NCBI GenBank assembly: GCA_976551045.1
Contig: CDPCPM010000076.1
Coordinates: forward strand, 19,406,001-19,470,000
Direction of reading: 5' to 3'
DNA: 64,000 nt
Origin: Glaucostegus cemiculus
Taxonomy: Eukaryota
The notes beneath the pieces are model-generated. The model was not told the origin of the DNA and searched no databases. It worked only from the letters and a program-made list of their open reading frames with translations. Made by a program: the position numbers and the translations under genes. This document shows, one piece after another, positions 38,578 to 50,505 of the stretch; positions within the stretch are counted from its first letter, which is position 1; every line of letters begins with the position of its first letter.

Positions 38578-39063
38578 GAAGCTGCAGAGAGTTGTAGACA
38601 CAGCCCAGTGCATTATGGACAACTGCCTCCCCTCCTTGGACTCTGTCTTTACCTCTCATTGTCTAGGTGAAGCAGCCAGCATAATCAAAGACCCCATACA
38701 CCCAGGACATTATCTCTTCCCTCATCTTCCATTCTGTAGAAGATACAGGAGCCTGAGGGCACATACCATCGGACTTAAGGACAGCTTCTACCCCACTGTG
38801 ATAAGACTATTGAATGGTTCCCTTATTACAATGGGGTGGACTATGACCTCACAATCTATCTTGTGACCTTGCCCTTATTGCACTGCACTTTCTCTGTAGC
38901 TGTGACACTTTACTCTGTATTGTTACTGTTTTCACTGTACTATATCAATGCACTCTGTACTAACTCAATGTAACTGCACTGTGTAATGAATTGATCTGTA
39001 TGATTGGTTTGTAAGACAAGCATTTCACTGTACCTCTGTACAAGTGACAATAATATACCAATA
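38578..39063 (+). mobile_element. Rex1/Babar-like LINE 3' end with 7-bp TSD
   Basis: KLQRVVDTAQ...IIKDPIHPGH...LKDSFYPTVIRLLN; CCATTCT at 38571-38577 and 39064-39070. Confidence 0.93.
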
Positions 39064-41089
39064 CCATTCTCCAAATCTGTCCAAGTCCTTCTGCAGATCC
39101 CTGCTTCCTTAACACTACCTGCCCCTCCACCTATCTTTGTATCAACCACAAACTTGGCCACAAAACCATCAATTCTGTCATCCAGATATTAACATATAAT
39201 GTGAAAAGTAGCAGACCCACATAAGCCCTACAGTACACCACTAGTCACTGGCAGCCAACCAGAAAAGGCCCCATTTATTCCCACTCTGCCTTATGCCAGT
39301 CAGCCAATCTTCTATCCATGCTAGTACCTTTCCTGTAATACCATGGGCTTGTATCTTGGTTAGCAGCCTCATGTGCAGCACCTTGTCAAAGGTGTTCTGA
39401 AAATCCAAGTAAACAACAGCCACTGACTCTCTTTTGTCTCTCCTGCCTGTTCCTTCCTCAAAGAATTCCAACAGATTTGTCAGGCAAGATTTCCCCTTAA
39501 GGAAACCATGCTGACTTTGGCTTATTTTATCATGAGCTTCCACGTACACCAAAGCCTCATCTTTAATAATGGACTCTAACATCTTACCAACCACTGAAGT
39601 CAGGGTAACTGGCCTATAATTTCCTGTCTTGTCTCCCACACTTTTAGTGATTTGTGATTTTGAGTCCTCTGGAACCATTCCTGACCAGTGATTCTTGAAT
39701 GATCACTACAAATGCCTTTACTTATTATAGTGTTAGAATTAAAACTTTGGACATAAGCTGGTGCCTCTGCTATTTCAACACAGCATCTCTGAAACTTGGT
39801 TAGATAATCATGCAGCAAAACAAATGGTTTTGAAATGATAGGTACAAGGGGCTGAGTTATACTCACATTTAGTATGGCACAATATGCTTGCTTTATCCTT
39901 GCCATGATTAACCAAGTAAAAATAACTGAATAGATGTACAGAATAATAAAATAGGCTTTGCTCCACTTTCTAGTTCTTTCTCTGTACCTGCTGAATGACT
40001 GGTTGGAGCTGACTTTTTCATCCATTTCAAAGGTGAGTCTTTACACCTCAGTTCCTGAAGCAATTCTTGAACAGCAGAATTCATAAGACATGGGTTTCTG
40101 TCACATTCTGAGACTTTAAAGGAAGCTGTTGCCTTGGTATCTAAACAATGGGCTACTGTTTGCCTTCTGTAAGTGGATGTGAGCCTTTATATTCTGCTAG
40201 TTTTATGCACTAGTTTTATGTCAAAGTAGGTCAATGCCCAATTGACAAAATTTCCATTCCATGCAAATTGTGACACCAAAAGTGAGACCAGTTTACAGGG
40301 CCTTGGAGAGGTGAAAGTTTCATCACACTACAAAATGTATTGAATATGGAAAGAATTCACATTTAGCCTGGGGCTTACCTTTAGAACAAACTTTCTCTTT
40401 ATTACAAGCTGAATTCAACAGCGGAGTCTCTCATCCTGGAATGAATGCTCCCTGATCCAAAGTTTGTTGTTATTATGCTATTTCTCTTCTACTTTTCCCC
40501 CCACATGAGCTGTATTTACATAGAGTAAGGTAAGCCTTTTGCAATATCAAGCTTCAGCTTTGTGCTACATGAGTCATCAAGCTTCAGTACCTCATGTGCT
40601 ACTTGAGCCTTATCCAGTTCCATCTTTACCTTATTTGTACAATGGCAAACTTCTGTCTTGGAGTTTATGGGATATTTGCTAGGCTGGTATCCAGGCATAG
40701 GTTTACTATAGTTCATTTTGGCCTGCAAATTGTAGTTTGGGTTGGCCTGAACCAGTTCCAACTACCCCTATCTGGTAGTGACACTGCAGAGTTTCCTTTT
40801 ATCTGCCTGTTAAGACCATCCCCCCTGTTCTCTACTGCAGTGCTACAGAGCCATTTCACTATTCCCTACTACAATATCCAGTAACACTCCACACAAAATA
40901 CTGGACTTCATCACATTGCACAATGTATCTGTTAAACCCCACTTCAATAACAGACCTGTGTTTCAATAAGTCTATGCTCCAAAGTATGTTACACTTTAAA
41001 CACAATTTACCAGACCACTCATGATCTTACAATTTTGCAAATGAAGTACCTATACATAATATGCGAGGCTACACTCCATCTCAATAAGC

Positions 41090-41960
41090 ACACAAGAAAT
41101 AGAAGCCAGGCTATTTGATTCCCATATCTTCTCTGCTATTCAGTAACATTCTTTAAGATGAGGGGGAAGTAGAAGAGCTTGAGAGGGGGATCTGAGGAAG
41201 AATTTTGTCACTCAGAAGTTTGAACCTGAAATGCACTGCCTGAGTGGCTATATCTCAATGAATACTTGATTTGGTAAGGCACAGAAGACTGGATTGAAGT
41301 GCTGGTACATGGGATTAGTATAGAAAAGTAATTGATGGTTGGCATGATTCAGTGGGCTGAAGGGCCTGTTTCTATGCTGTATGACTTTATAACTCCATGA
41401 CTTTTCTATACTTACTGACTAATGCTTTATTCCATTAATATCCAATAATCTACTGACTTCTGTTTTAAATTGTACTCAGCAAATGAATCACCATAGTCCA
41501 CTTGGCTGGAGAATACAAAAGGTCCACCACCCTCTGGATGAAGATTTCTTCTTATCTGTCTAGATAGCTAAGTCCTTTATTTGAGACTATATGTTATTAT
41601 TCATTCTGAAAAGCCCTGAAAGAATTTTGTTTGCTTCAATAAGATCACCACTCGTTCTTCTAATTTCTACATGATAGGTCCAGTCTGCTAAATCTGTCCT
41701 CACGGGGAGTGTCCCCCAAGAATCAATCTGATGAACCTTCATTGCATTCCCTCTATTGCCAGTATATCCTTCATTAAGTAGGGAGGCCCAACTTGCACAT
41801 AATATTCCATTTATAGCCTCTCCTGAAGAGGACTTCAGTCAAATACTGAAATACTCTTGATATGAAGGCCAGCATACTGTTTGCCTCTCTAGTTGCTTGT
41901 TGTAACCATACATAACTTCCAGTGATTTGTGTGCAAGGACATGTTTCAATCTGTCCTTCA
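41090..41960 (-). mobile_element. Old CR1 3' part, with a plus-strand CR1 3' end nested at about 41152-41395
   Basis: QQATREANSMLAFISR on the minus strand; insert ends GGGCTGAAGGGCCTGTTTCTATGCTGTATGACT. Confidence 0.7.
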
Positions 41961-42189
41961 CCCAGGCTACTTTTTATGTCCTTCATTACCTTGAGTGCTT
42001 TTTCCTAGTAGTGTTCAACATCAAGGATTGCACATAACTCTGCTGTCACCTCCAGTGCATCTGCCCTGTTAGTGGGAAAAGGGACAGTGACAGAAATCTG
42101 GTTCTTTGGCTGATTGTTTTGAGTCTGCAAAAGATACTACATTGGCCTGTTACCTGAATCATCTGTGAGACCACTCTCTTAATTTTGAT

Positions 42190-42905
42190 AAACATTGAAG
42201 TGTTGCATTTTGGGAAGACAAATCAGGGTTGGACTCTCAGTGAACAGTCAGGCCCTAGGGAATGTTGAAGAACAGAGGGATCTCAGAGCAACAAGTACAT
42301 GTTCCCTGAAAGTGGAGTCACAGGTAGACTGGGTAGTGAAGCTGGCTTTTTGATATGCTAGCCTTCATCAATCAGGACATTGAGTATAGAAGTTGGGATG
42401 ATACATTGCAGTTGTACAAGACATGGGTGAAGCTGCATTTGGAATATTGTTTAATTCTGTTTGTCCTGCTATAGGAAAGATGCCATTAAGCTGGAAAGAG
42501 TGCTGAAAAGATTTAGAGGCTGCCAGGACTTGAGACTGAGTTATAAAGAGGTTGAGCAAGCTAGAACTTTATTCATTGGAGTGTAAGTGAATGAGGGGTG
42601 ATCTTAGCGATATAAAATCATGAAGGACATAGGGTAAATGCATAGTCTTTTTTCCAATGGTTGAGGAATCAAGAACTGGAGGGTGTGTTTAAGGTAAGAT
42701 GGGAGCTATTTAATGGGAACCTGAGGGGCAACTTTTTCCCACCCAGAGGGTGGACATGTATAGAATGAGCTGCCAGAGGAAGTGGTTGAGGCAGAGGGAT
42801 ATGGGCCAAAAATAGTCAAATGGGACTCACTTTGATAGGCATTTTGGTTGGCATAGACAAGATGGGCCAAAAGGTCTGTTTCTGTGCTGTATGACTCTAT
42901 GCTAG
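42190..42905 (+). mobile_element. CR1 LINE 3' part
   Basis: VLHFGKTNQG, VEEQRDL and MLAFINQDIEYRSW; TGTATGACTCTATG tail. Confidence 0.9.
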
Positions 42906-42974
42906 AGAGGAGGACTTTGCTGGATAAATTGGGCTGAGTGCACCATTAACGACTCTGAATCCAACACCCAGGTC

Positions 42975-43420
42975 AATCAGATTCAGGTTTCTTCTCATTG
43001 ACATATGAGTGAAACTTGTTTTGTGGCAGCAGTATAATGCAAAGACATAAACATCCATAAATTACAAAATAAATAAGGAAGTAGTGTTCATGGATTATTC
43101 AGAAATCTGATGGAAGGGGGGAAGCTGTTCATGAGTCATTAAGTTTTGGTCTTTAGGCTCCTGCACTTCTTCCCTAATGGTAGTAATGAGAAGAGGGCAT
43201 GTCCTGGATGGTGAGGATCCTTAAAGATAGATACCACCTTCTTGAGGAATCATCTCTTGAAGATGCCCTTGATGGTGGCAAGGGTTGTGCCCATGATGGA
43301 GTTGGCTGGGTCTATAACCTTCTGCAATCTCCTCCAATCCTGTGTTGGATGCTCCATACCAGGCTGATTCAACCAGTCAGAATGCTCACCACCATACATC
43401 TGCAGAAATTTGTAAGTCTG
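42975..43420 (-). mobile_element. Rex1/Babar-like LINE 3' end
   Basis: Collinear with 22648-23240 (CAGATTCAGGTTT...CAGAAATCTGATGG...CAACCAGTCAGAATGCTC). Confidence 0.85.
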
Positions 43421-43499
43421 GTGGTCTGTCTGGTTTAACTTTTCTCTTTGTTTGATTATAAATGAGTGGCTTTCAGACCTTGTCAGAGGCTTGTTTTTT

Positions 43500-43755
43500 A
43501 TTTTAAAATTTTTAAAATTTTATTTAGTGTGGTAACAGGCCCTTTTGGCCCAACAAGTCCATGCCACCCATTTTAAACCCCCCAAATTAACCTACCCATT
43601 CATCTTTTAGAATGTGGGAGGAAACCGGAGCACCCAAAGGAAACCCACGCAGACATGGGAGAATGTACAAACTCCTTAGTCAGCGACGGGATTCGAACCC
43701 CGATTGCTGGTGCTGTAACAGTGTTGTGCTAACCACTACGCTATAGTGCTGCCCC
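43500..43755 (-). mobile_element. V-SINE with CR1-type tail, inserted in an older SINE remnant (about 43450-43830)
   Basis: Aligns end to end with 8980-9230. Confidence 0.93.
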
Positions 43756-44082
43756 TTTTTTAAAAAAAAATCAACTGAGTAGAAATAGGTCTGGAGTCAC
43801 TGGCAGGTCATATTGTGTAAGGTAGCGTAGTAGCATTCAGAATGAAAAGCAGTCATTTCTTTGAATGAGAGGAAATGTGAGATAAAAGGTGAAATGCCTT
43901 GGGACCATTAAGATCAGAAATGACTGGAAGCAATGATTTCCCTCACCCCAAAGTTCAGGGCTGGAGGATTCTCCCATCCTCAGGGTCTTCTCAGCTTGGC
44001 AGGTGATTTGAAATTGCATACCTTTAACAGATCCTGTAGCCAGGCACCACTACCTTGTCCTAAGTATTTGGATATGCTTGCC

Positions 44083-44397
44083 ATTTATTTATTCACTCAC
44101 TGGCAATGTTGGCATTTATTATTCCATCCCCCCCCCCCCCCCCCCCCCCCCCAATTGCCTCCTGAATTTAGGAGGCAATGATGATTCACTACATTGATGG
44201 GTCTGGACTCGCTTATAGGCCAGACTTGATAAGGTTGGAAGATATCCTCTCCAGAAAGATATCAGTGAAGCAGATGGTTCACCACAAAGCAGTTTCATAC
44301 ATCACCTTGAATCTGAGTTCCTCAGTAGACAATGGTAGGTTTTGAACTCGTGCCTCTAGCTGTCAGTCCAGTAACTTAACCACTACACTACTATACC
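44083..44397 (-). mobile_element. Old tRNA-derived SINE (same family as 28660) containing a C25 run
   Basis: GGCATTTATTATTCCATC(C)nAATTGCC tail, GGTCTGGACTC core and TTTGAACTC...TAACCACTACAC head. Confidence 0.75.
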
Positions 44398-47300
44398 TGT
44401 GTCTGGATGTTGCAGCTTTTACAACTGTTCCTTGTTGAGGTGAGGATCAAATGAGAAAGATACAAGAAGATTCTAATTGACAGAAGATGAGTAAAAGGCT
44501 ATTTGTACTTAAAGTTGTGAGGTGAACTTCATGTCATCCCAGATGCTAATAAAACAATTAAATACCTATCAAGGATTGCAACAAAATCCACCAAATGTTT
44601 CAAGTGTTCCACCTCGAGTGTTAGTCATTTTCCTTTCTGAAGAGTAATTTGAAACAATTTTGGCAAGAGATTAAGACATCTTGTCAATCCCCTCCTTTTC
44701 ACTGGAACTTTAAAAGGAGATGCTTGCAGACACTGGTATTATGTTGCATGTTTCGGTTGCTATTATGATGGCAACTGTTTGCCCTTGAGCACTGTTTCAG
44801 TAAAAGTCTTCCAAAAAAATATTTAATTCCCTCAGTTAAAGTTTCAACATCTTTAATTAAACAAAATACTTCTTCCAGCTTCTAGGAAAACAGAACACTG
44901 AAGACCAGTTCCTTTTATACTGAAACAAATAATTAAACAAAAAGGAAAATTACAGAAGGTTAGAAGTGTCTGGACAATTGCTCAAACAAATGATCAAAAA
45001 TTAGATTCTTAAGACTTGTGAGGTAATGGGGGAGCAGAGGAAAGGTGTAGGACTGATTCCACTCAGATTAACTCATGTGAGCTGTAGTATTCAGTGCTCC
45101 CAATATTTTGACTAACTGTGGTAAAGACAATGCACAGCAACTGAATGCAGTTCTAAGAAACATTTATTCATAATGCCTGGAAAATAGGCACAAGCTGACC
45201 AAAAACATCAGTGATAGTATGCAATAGATGTGTAACATTAGACTTCTAAACCTTTGTCATCGTTTGGCTTTCCTGGATTTACAAGCACTTAGACTAAATT
45301 AAATCATCTGATTATTGTTTTCTCAGGGATCATTCATAATTGTCATCTCTGTTGGACACTTCAACATAAAAAATACCAGAGACTATTAAAAAGATAATGT
45401 TTTGTGTGATTATTAAAAAAAAAAATAACCCTGGGGATATAATCTTCCCCAATTCCCATTTAACCAGAGAAATTCTTGTCAAAATTTCAAAAACATTATT
45501 TCAAAGCTAACGGTTTTTGTGGTTAGTCTCTCCCCCCATATAATTTATATGCTTTTAATGAATAAAGCCTTAGCTCTTTTGCAAAGAATCTAGGTTTGTA
45601 ATTATTTTTCTAGCTCACATTAGTGCCTTTCCAACGTTGGTTAAAGGAAGAACAAGTTTCCCTTGCCCACTGCCAGTTTATCCTTTCACCTCTACTGAAC
45701 ATCAAGAGTTTTATCCAGAGAAACAATGGATTTACATTCGTGGTCAGAGTTGCAAGCAACTTTTTCAAATAATGATTAGCCTTTTCCTGAAGGTGAAACA
45801 CACAAACTGTGAGAGACAGAAAAGGAACCTTTGATTCCACACAGTTTTGACAGGTCACAATATACACTCCCCATGCAATGATAAGCCATTGATTGCCAAG
45901 AAGCTACAAAAAAGGGACATAAAACCCAAGACTGAAGTGGGGCTTAATGTCAGGGAAATTTCTCTTCAGTACCTGACCCAGTTAAAACTATTGTTGGAGA
46001 GCTCATCACCTTGAATTTCTGGCAGTTGCTCCTCTGTGTTGGGGGACTCTTCACTCTTGCTGGAATTGTCTAGCTCTCTTTTGAAGGAATTTAACAAATT
46101 GGTTGTCACTTTACAGTTGGTAAGGAGTCAGATTCTACTAAAGGACCACCCCTTGACATCTAGCCTAGGTCTGATCTCATACAGCAGAATAACTGTGACT
46201 CTTAGTCCTCTCTAATCTATCTAACTGGGACAAATTTTTAATGACAAAGCTATTCATTTTATCATTTGGATCCGATCTAAATCTATCCTTCTCTAAAGCA
46301 ATTCTCGTAACCGATAGAGTTCTTTATACAGTGAATGAATCTAGTATCCTTTTCATAATCCAATATCAGCCATTTCATGAAAACACCATATCTGTGTTCC
46401 AGGTGCTACTCAACCAAGATTTTAGAGGATGACAAATTATGCCTTGCCTTAAAATCAGTTATCCTGTGAATGTACTGCAACTCCCTATTCACTCTAGCTG
46501 TCACTTCAGGTCATTGCTCCTGAAGGTCTAGAGATCTGTGCAGTAGAGCTGCTTTCTTAGGAAGATTTATGGCTTTGTCACTTGCATGACAAGCACTTTT
46601 CTATTCTTTGTTCAAGAGCCTTGTAGTTAAACCTGCAGCAAATACACATATAACTATGTCTAAATTAAATGGTCCAGGCAGCTGTTTAGTAAAGACAGTG
46701 TTTTAGCCCATAGATGTAAAAAACTGACCAAACTGAATTTCCCATCATGCTGCTGTGAACTAAAGGGCTCCGTAATCAATTTCTAAAGTGATGATCTGAA
46801 AGAAAGAAGTAATGGCTGAGATTTAATTACTGGTTGAATTATTTATTTCCTTATCTGAAGCCCTGTCTAAAGGCTCAATTATTCACAGGAAAGTAATAAC
46901 TTCTGCTCCAAGAACTTCAGACGCATTTCCAAAAGACTTACAAAATGTTAATGCTTACATCATTGCTAAAGTGAAACCTATTCATCTGCTATTCAAAATG
47001 CTGCTTAACTCAAAACTTTCCCCAACAAAACATCCTTACATGATAATGGTCAAACATTTCCCGAAGGACAATGGCTTGATTAATCGTGGACTTGTAAAGA
47101 ATACACAGGATGAAGGTGCTACAATCAAAGATGGGAGTAGGTTCAGTGGTAGAGAAATCATTTGTATGCAGATGGACACTCAATGTGTTTTTTCACATTA
47201 ATTACAGTTTATTTTAAAATCTGTAATCTATTGAATTGTAATAACACCAATTTAGACAGATGAGATGATTCTATTTGGGCTGAATCCTTGCATTACCAAG

Positions 47301-48489
47301 TTAAATGACTGGACATCAGGGTTTGCAGCCTGACATTTAGAGGAAGAGGAAAGCACAGACTTTATTTGGAGAATAAAAGGAATCTCGGAAGACAGTTATT
47401 GATGGGCAGATGGGATGGCCCAAAAAGAACAGCCTCCCTGCCATGAAGGGGTGATCTGATTTGACACCAGAAAATGTACGTCACTGATTATTGGCTGATT
47501 GACACCTGAAGTGGCAAAGAGAATGTGGGGTTAAGCTCATAAGGTGGTGAGAGACAGGTTATTGGAGTTCATTATGTCAGCTATTATGTTATACTGTCAG
47601 AACCATTCATCTCAGAAAGATGTAGATCATCACAAAATAAGAAATATTAGTTTCTCTTTATTTATTAAATCCTCACATTGGATCCTTGCACAGTTAGTAA
47701 TAGTTCCATTTATTTTAAACATAGAAATGTGGAGACACCTGTCCCATAGTCTAAACCCAAAACATCAAGATCTATCTGAAGCAATCAAGCATCAGCTACA
47801 GTCGAGAAAGCAGACAGAATTGAGTATCACCTACAAACCTTGAAATAGTGATCCCAACATCTATACTGAAATTATTAATTACAACTTTTAAAAATAATGT
47901 AATGAATGAAATATTGGTCCCCAAGGAATACGACTGATGACAAGTATCTAAATTGCTTCAAATTCATTTACAACATTCTCCTGTTTTCAAAATAGGGCTG
48001 GCAATATATAAACAATAATTTTTATAGCAAAGCCTTTATCTAGTACTAGTCAAAAGTTTTTAGTAGGCTAGAATACATGTTGTCTGCTGCACTTGTCCTA
48101 TCAACAGTCAAAGTGACTTGTTAAAATTAGCATCAGTTTTGTAAGATCATCTTTAGGAAGACATGTTGAGATTCCCCTAAACCCCACTTTGAAAGCCTAA
48201 TGATTTCCCATGAATTGCATCAACATAAAGGTCTAACCACTATTTAATTTTTGAGATTGGAACTGCATTCACATCCTTTTTGTTTACAGGAAATGCTTTG
48301 AGTGCAGCAAGCTTTTACAAATATGAGCAAACAGCTTGTATGGCTCGTGCTTCTGAAACCGTTGGGAAGAAATAAACCAACCCAACCAATCCATCTATTT
48401 TCAGAATCTAATTATTATTTAAAACAATCTTAATTGTATTAATTTCATCATCTTTATTAAATTCCAACCATTGGTCATTGAATTCAAGA

Positions 48490-50060
48490 GTAAAGACCAA
48501 TGTAAAGTAATATCCCCACCTGATTCAGCTTCTTTACAACTTTTTCTTGATTATCCATGATTAGCCTAATATAGTCTTTGACAGTACCCTGATTCTTCCC
48601 ATAACGAGAGTATTTCTATTTGTTTCCATAACTGTCTACAATTCTCTTTCACATTCTTCTTTTAGCTGATTTAATAGGATCCCTTGTTTCTTTAGTTGGC
48701 CTTTGCACTTTAGTCCATTGGTTGTGTGTTAATGCCTGTAATGTGCTTACAGATAATTTATCTTTGTACATGATGAGTCATCCATGCTGATTTTTCCCTT
48801 TGTGTGAGGGACATCTGGTGATGTTAGCCAATCAATCTATTCCAAGTCATCCTGCATTTTAACAAAGATTCATCTTCTAAAATCTTCCTTGAGCTGCAGA
48901 TTTCTACTTCCATAGATCTAATGGCCAAATGAAACTGCTTAATGTTGCCCAATTGCTTCCCTGCCACCATGGAGCTCCAGTACATACTCAGAATACTAAA
49001 TGTCATGATTATCCCTGATTACTTCATTGACATGTATGAGTGTTTCCCTCACACAAAGCCATGCTGCCTATCCCTGAACCATCTTTGCCTTTCCAAATGT
49101 ACATAAATCTCATCCCTTTGGATTTTCTCCAGAAATTTCCCCACCACTGATGTAAGGCTCACCAACCTGGTATATTCCTACTGCCCTTCTTAACATTAGC
49201 TATCCTCCAGACTTCTGGTACCTTACTTGTGGCTAGCAAAGATGCAAAAATCTCTTCCAGGGCCCTGTTTCCCATGGGATCCTGGGATAGATCTCATTCA
49301 GTCCTGGGGATTTATCAACCATTATGCATTCCATGACACCTAACACCTCCTCCTTCTTAATACTGAGATACTTCAGTCTACCAAGGTACCCCTCCCTGAA
49401 CTCACTATTTTGCACACCCTACTCCTTGATGAATACAAATAAAAAGTATTCATTTAGGACTTCACCCACTGCTTGGCTCCCTACATAGATTACCTCGTTG
49501 CTCCCTAAGGGGACCCACTTTTCCCTGACTATCTTCTTGGTCCTGATATACTTACAGAATGTTTTGGATTCACTTTAATTTTACTTGCCGAGGATTTTCT
49601 ATAGACCCTCTTTGCCCTCCTAATTTCTGTCTTAAGTTCTCTCCAGCTCTCCAATTACATTTCTCATGAGACTAACTCACTTCTAGTTGCCTATACCTGT
49701 CATGTGCTTCCTTCTTTTTTCTGTTCAAGCCTTCAATATCATTTATCATCCAAGATTTCCTAATCATACCATCTTTGCCTTTCAGCTTACTGGAACATAT
49801 TGATCTTGAACAATTGCTAACTCTGTTTTAAAACATTCCCACTTGTCAGATATTGTTTCACCAGCATCTGCTTCCAATCAACTTTCACCAGGACCTTTCT
49901 CCCTATTGAAATCAGCCTTCTCCTAATTTATGACCAGAATTTGAGGACTGATGTTATCCTTTTCAATAACTATATTGAACCTTACAGAATTATAGTCACT
50001 GGTCCTAAAGTGTTTCTTCCATTGACACTTCAATGACCTGCCCAATTTAATTTCCTAAAC
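48490..50060 (-). mobile_element. Decayed CR1 ORF2 (endonuclease to RT, deleted and rearranged)
   Basis: IKKEEVLGVMECIMVDKSPGLNEIYPRI ORF; SDYNSV endonuclease-end motif near 50000. Confidence 0.8.
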
Positions 50061-50208
50061 TGATGTTGAGTACAGTTCACATTTGGGATTGTCAGAAGTA
50101 CTGTCAATTGCAGTTTGATTCACATCAAATCAAGCCAAACTTTCTGTTCCATACGATTTCTTTATGTCTGATTTACCAGATAAGTTATACCATTATAATA
50201 AATCAAAC

Positions 50209-50505
50209 TGGTAGTGTAGCAGTTAGTGTGATGCTATTACAGCGCCAGTGACCCGAGTTCAATTTCGGCTGCTGTCTGTAAGGAGTTTGTACATTCTCTC
50301 CATGTCTGAGTGGGTTTCCTCAGGTGCTGCGGTTTCCTCCCACATTCCAAAGACATATGGGTTAAGAAGTTGTGGGCATGCTACGTTGCAACCGGAAGCA
50401 TGGCGACACTTGCAGGCTGCCCCCAGAACATTTTACGCAAAGATGCATTTCACTGTGTGTTTCGATGTACATGTGACAAATAAAGATAAAATGAGATCTT
50501 ATCTT
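50209..50505 (+). mobile_element. V-SINE with Rex-type tail
   Basis: A/B-box-like head (GTAGCAGTTAG, GAGTTCAATTTC), V-domain and GCATTTCACTGTGTGTTTCGATGTACATGTGACAAATAAA tail. Confidence 0.93.

Larger units (their letters stand above)
33788..39720 (-). mobile_element. CR1 host element (33788-34056 and 38026-39720) carrying two nested insertions
   Basis: The 3' end stops at AAGGGAC and resumes at GATGTCCTTCTATTCTGAGG; RT ORF 39241-39678 (NYRPVTLTSVVGKMLE, SQHGFLKGKSCLTNL). Confidence 0.88.

Noticed and set aside
38297-38866. 189-aa ORF as a novel fusion gene
   Set aside because: Chance read-through from antisense CR1 into a nested Rex fragment across its TSD.
40547-40610. Short tandem duplications (also at 30411-30435, 40197-40220 and 50956-50990)
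   Set aside because: Ordinary slippage duplications with no sign of function.
50209-50280. tRNA gene
   Set aside because: A/B-box-like motifs belong to a SINE head that runs into a V-domain; no full cloverleaf.
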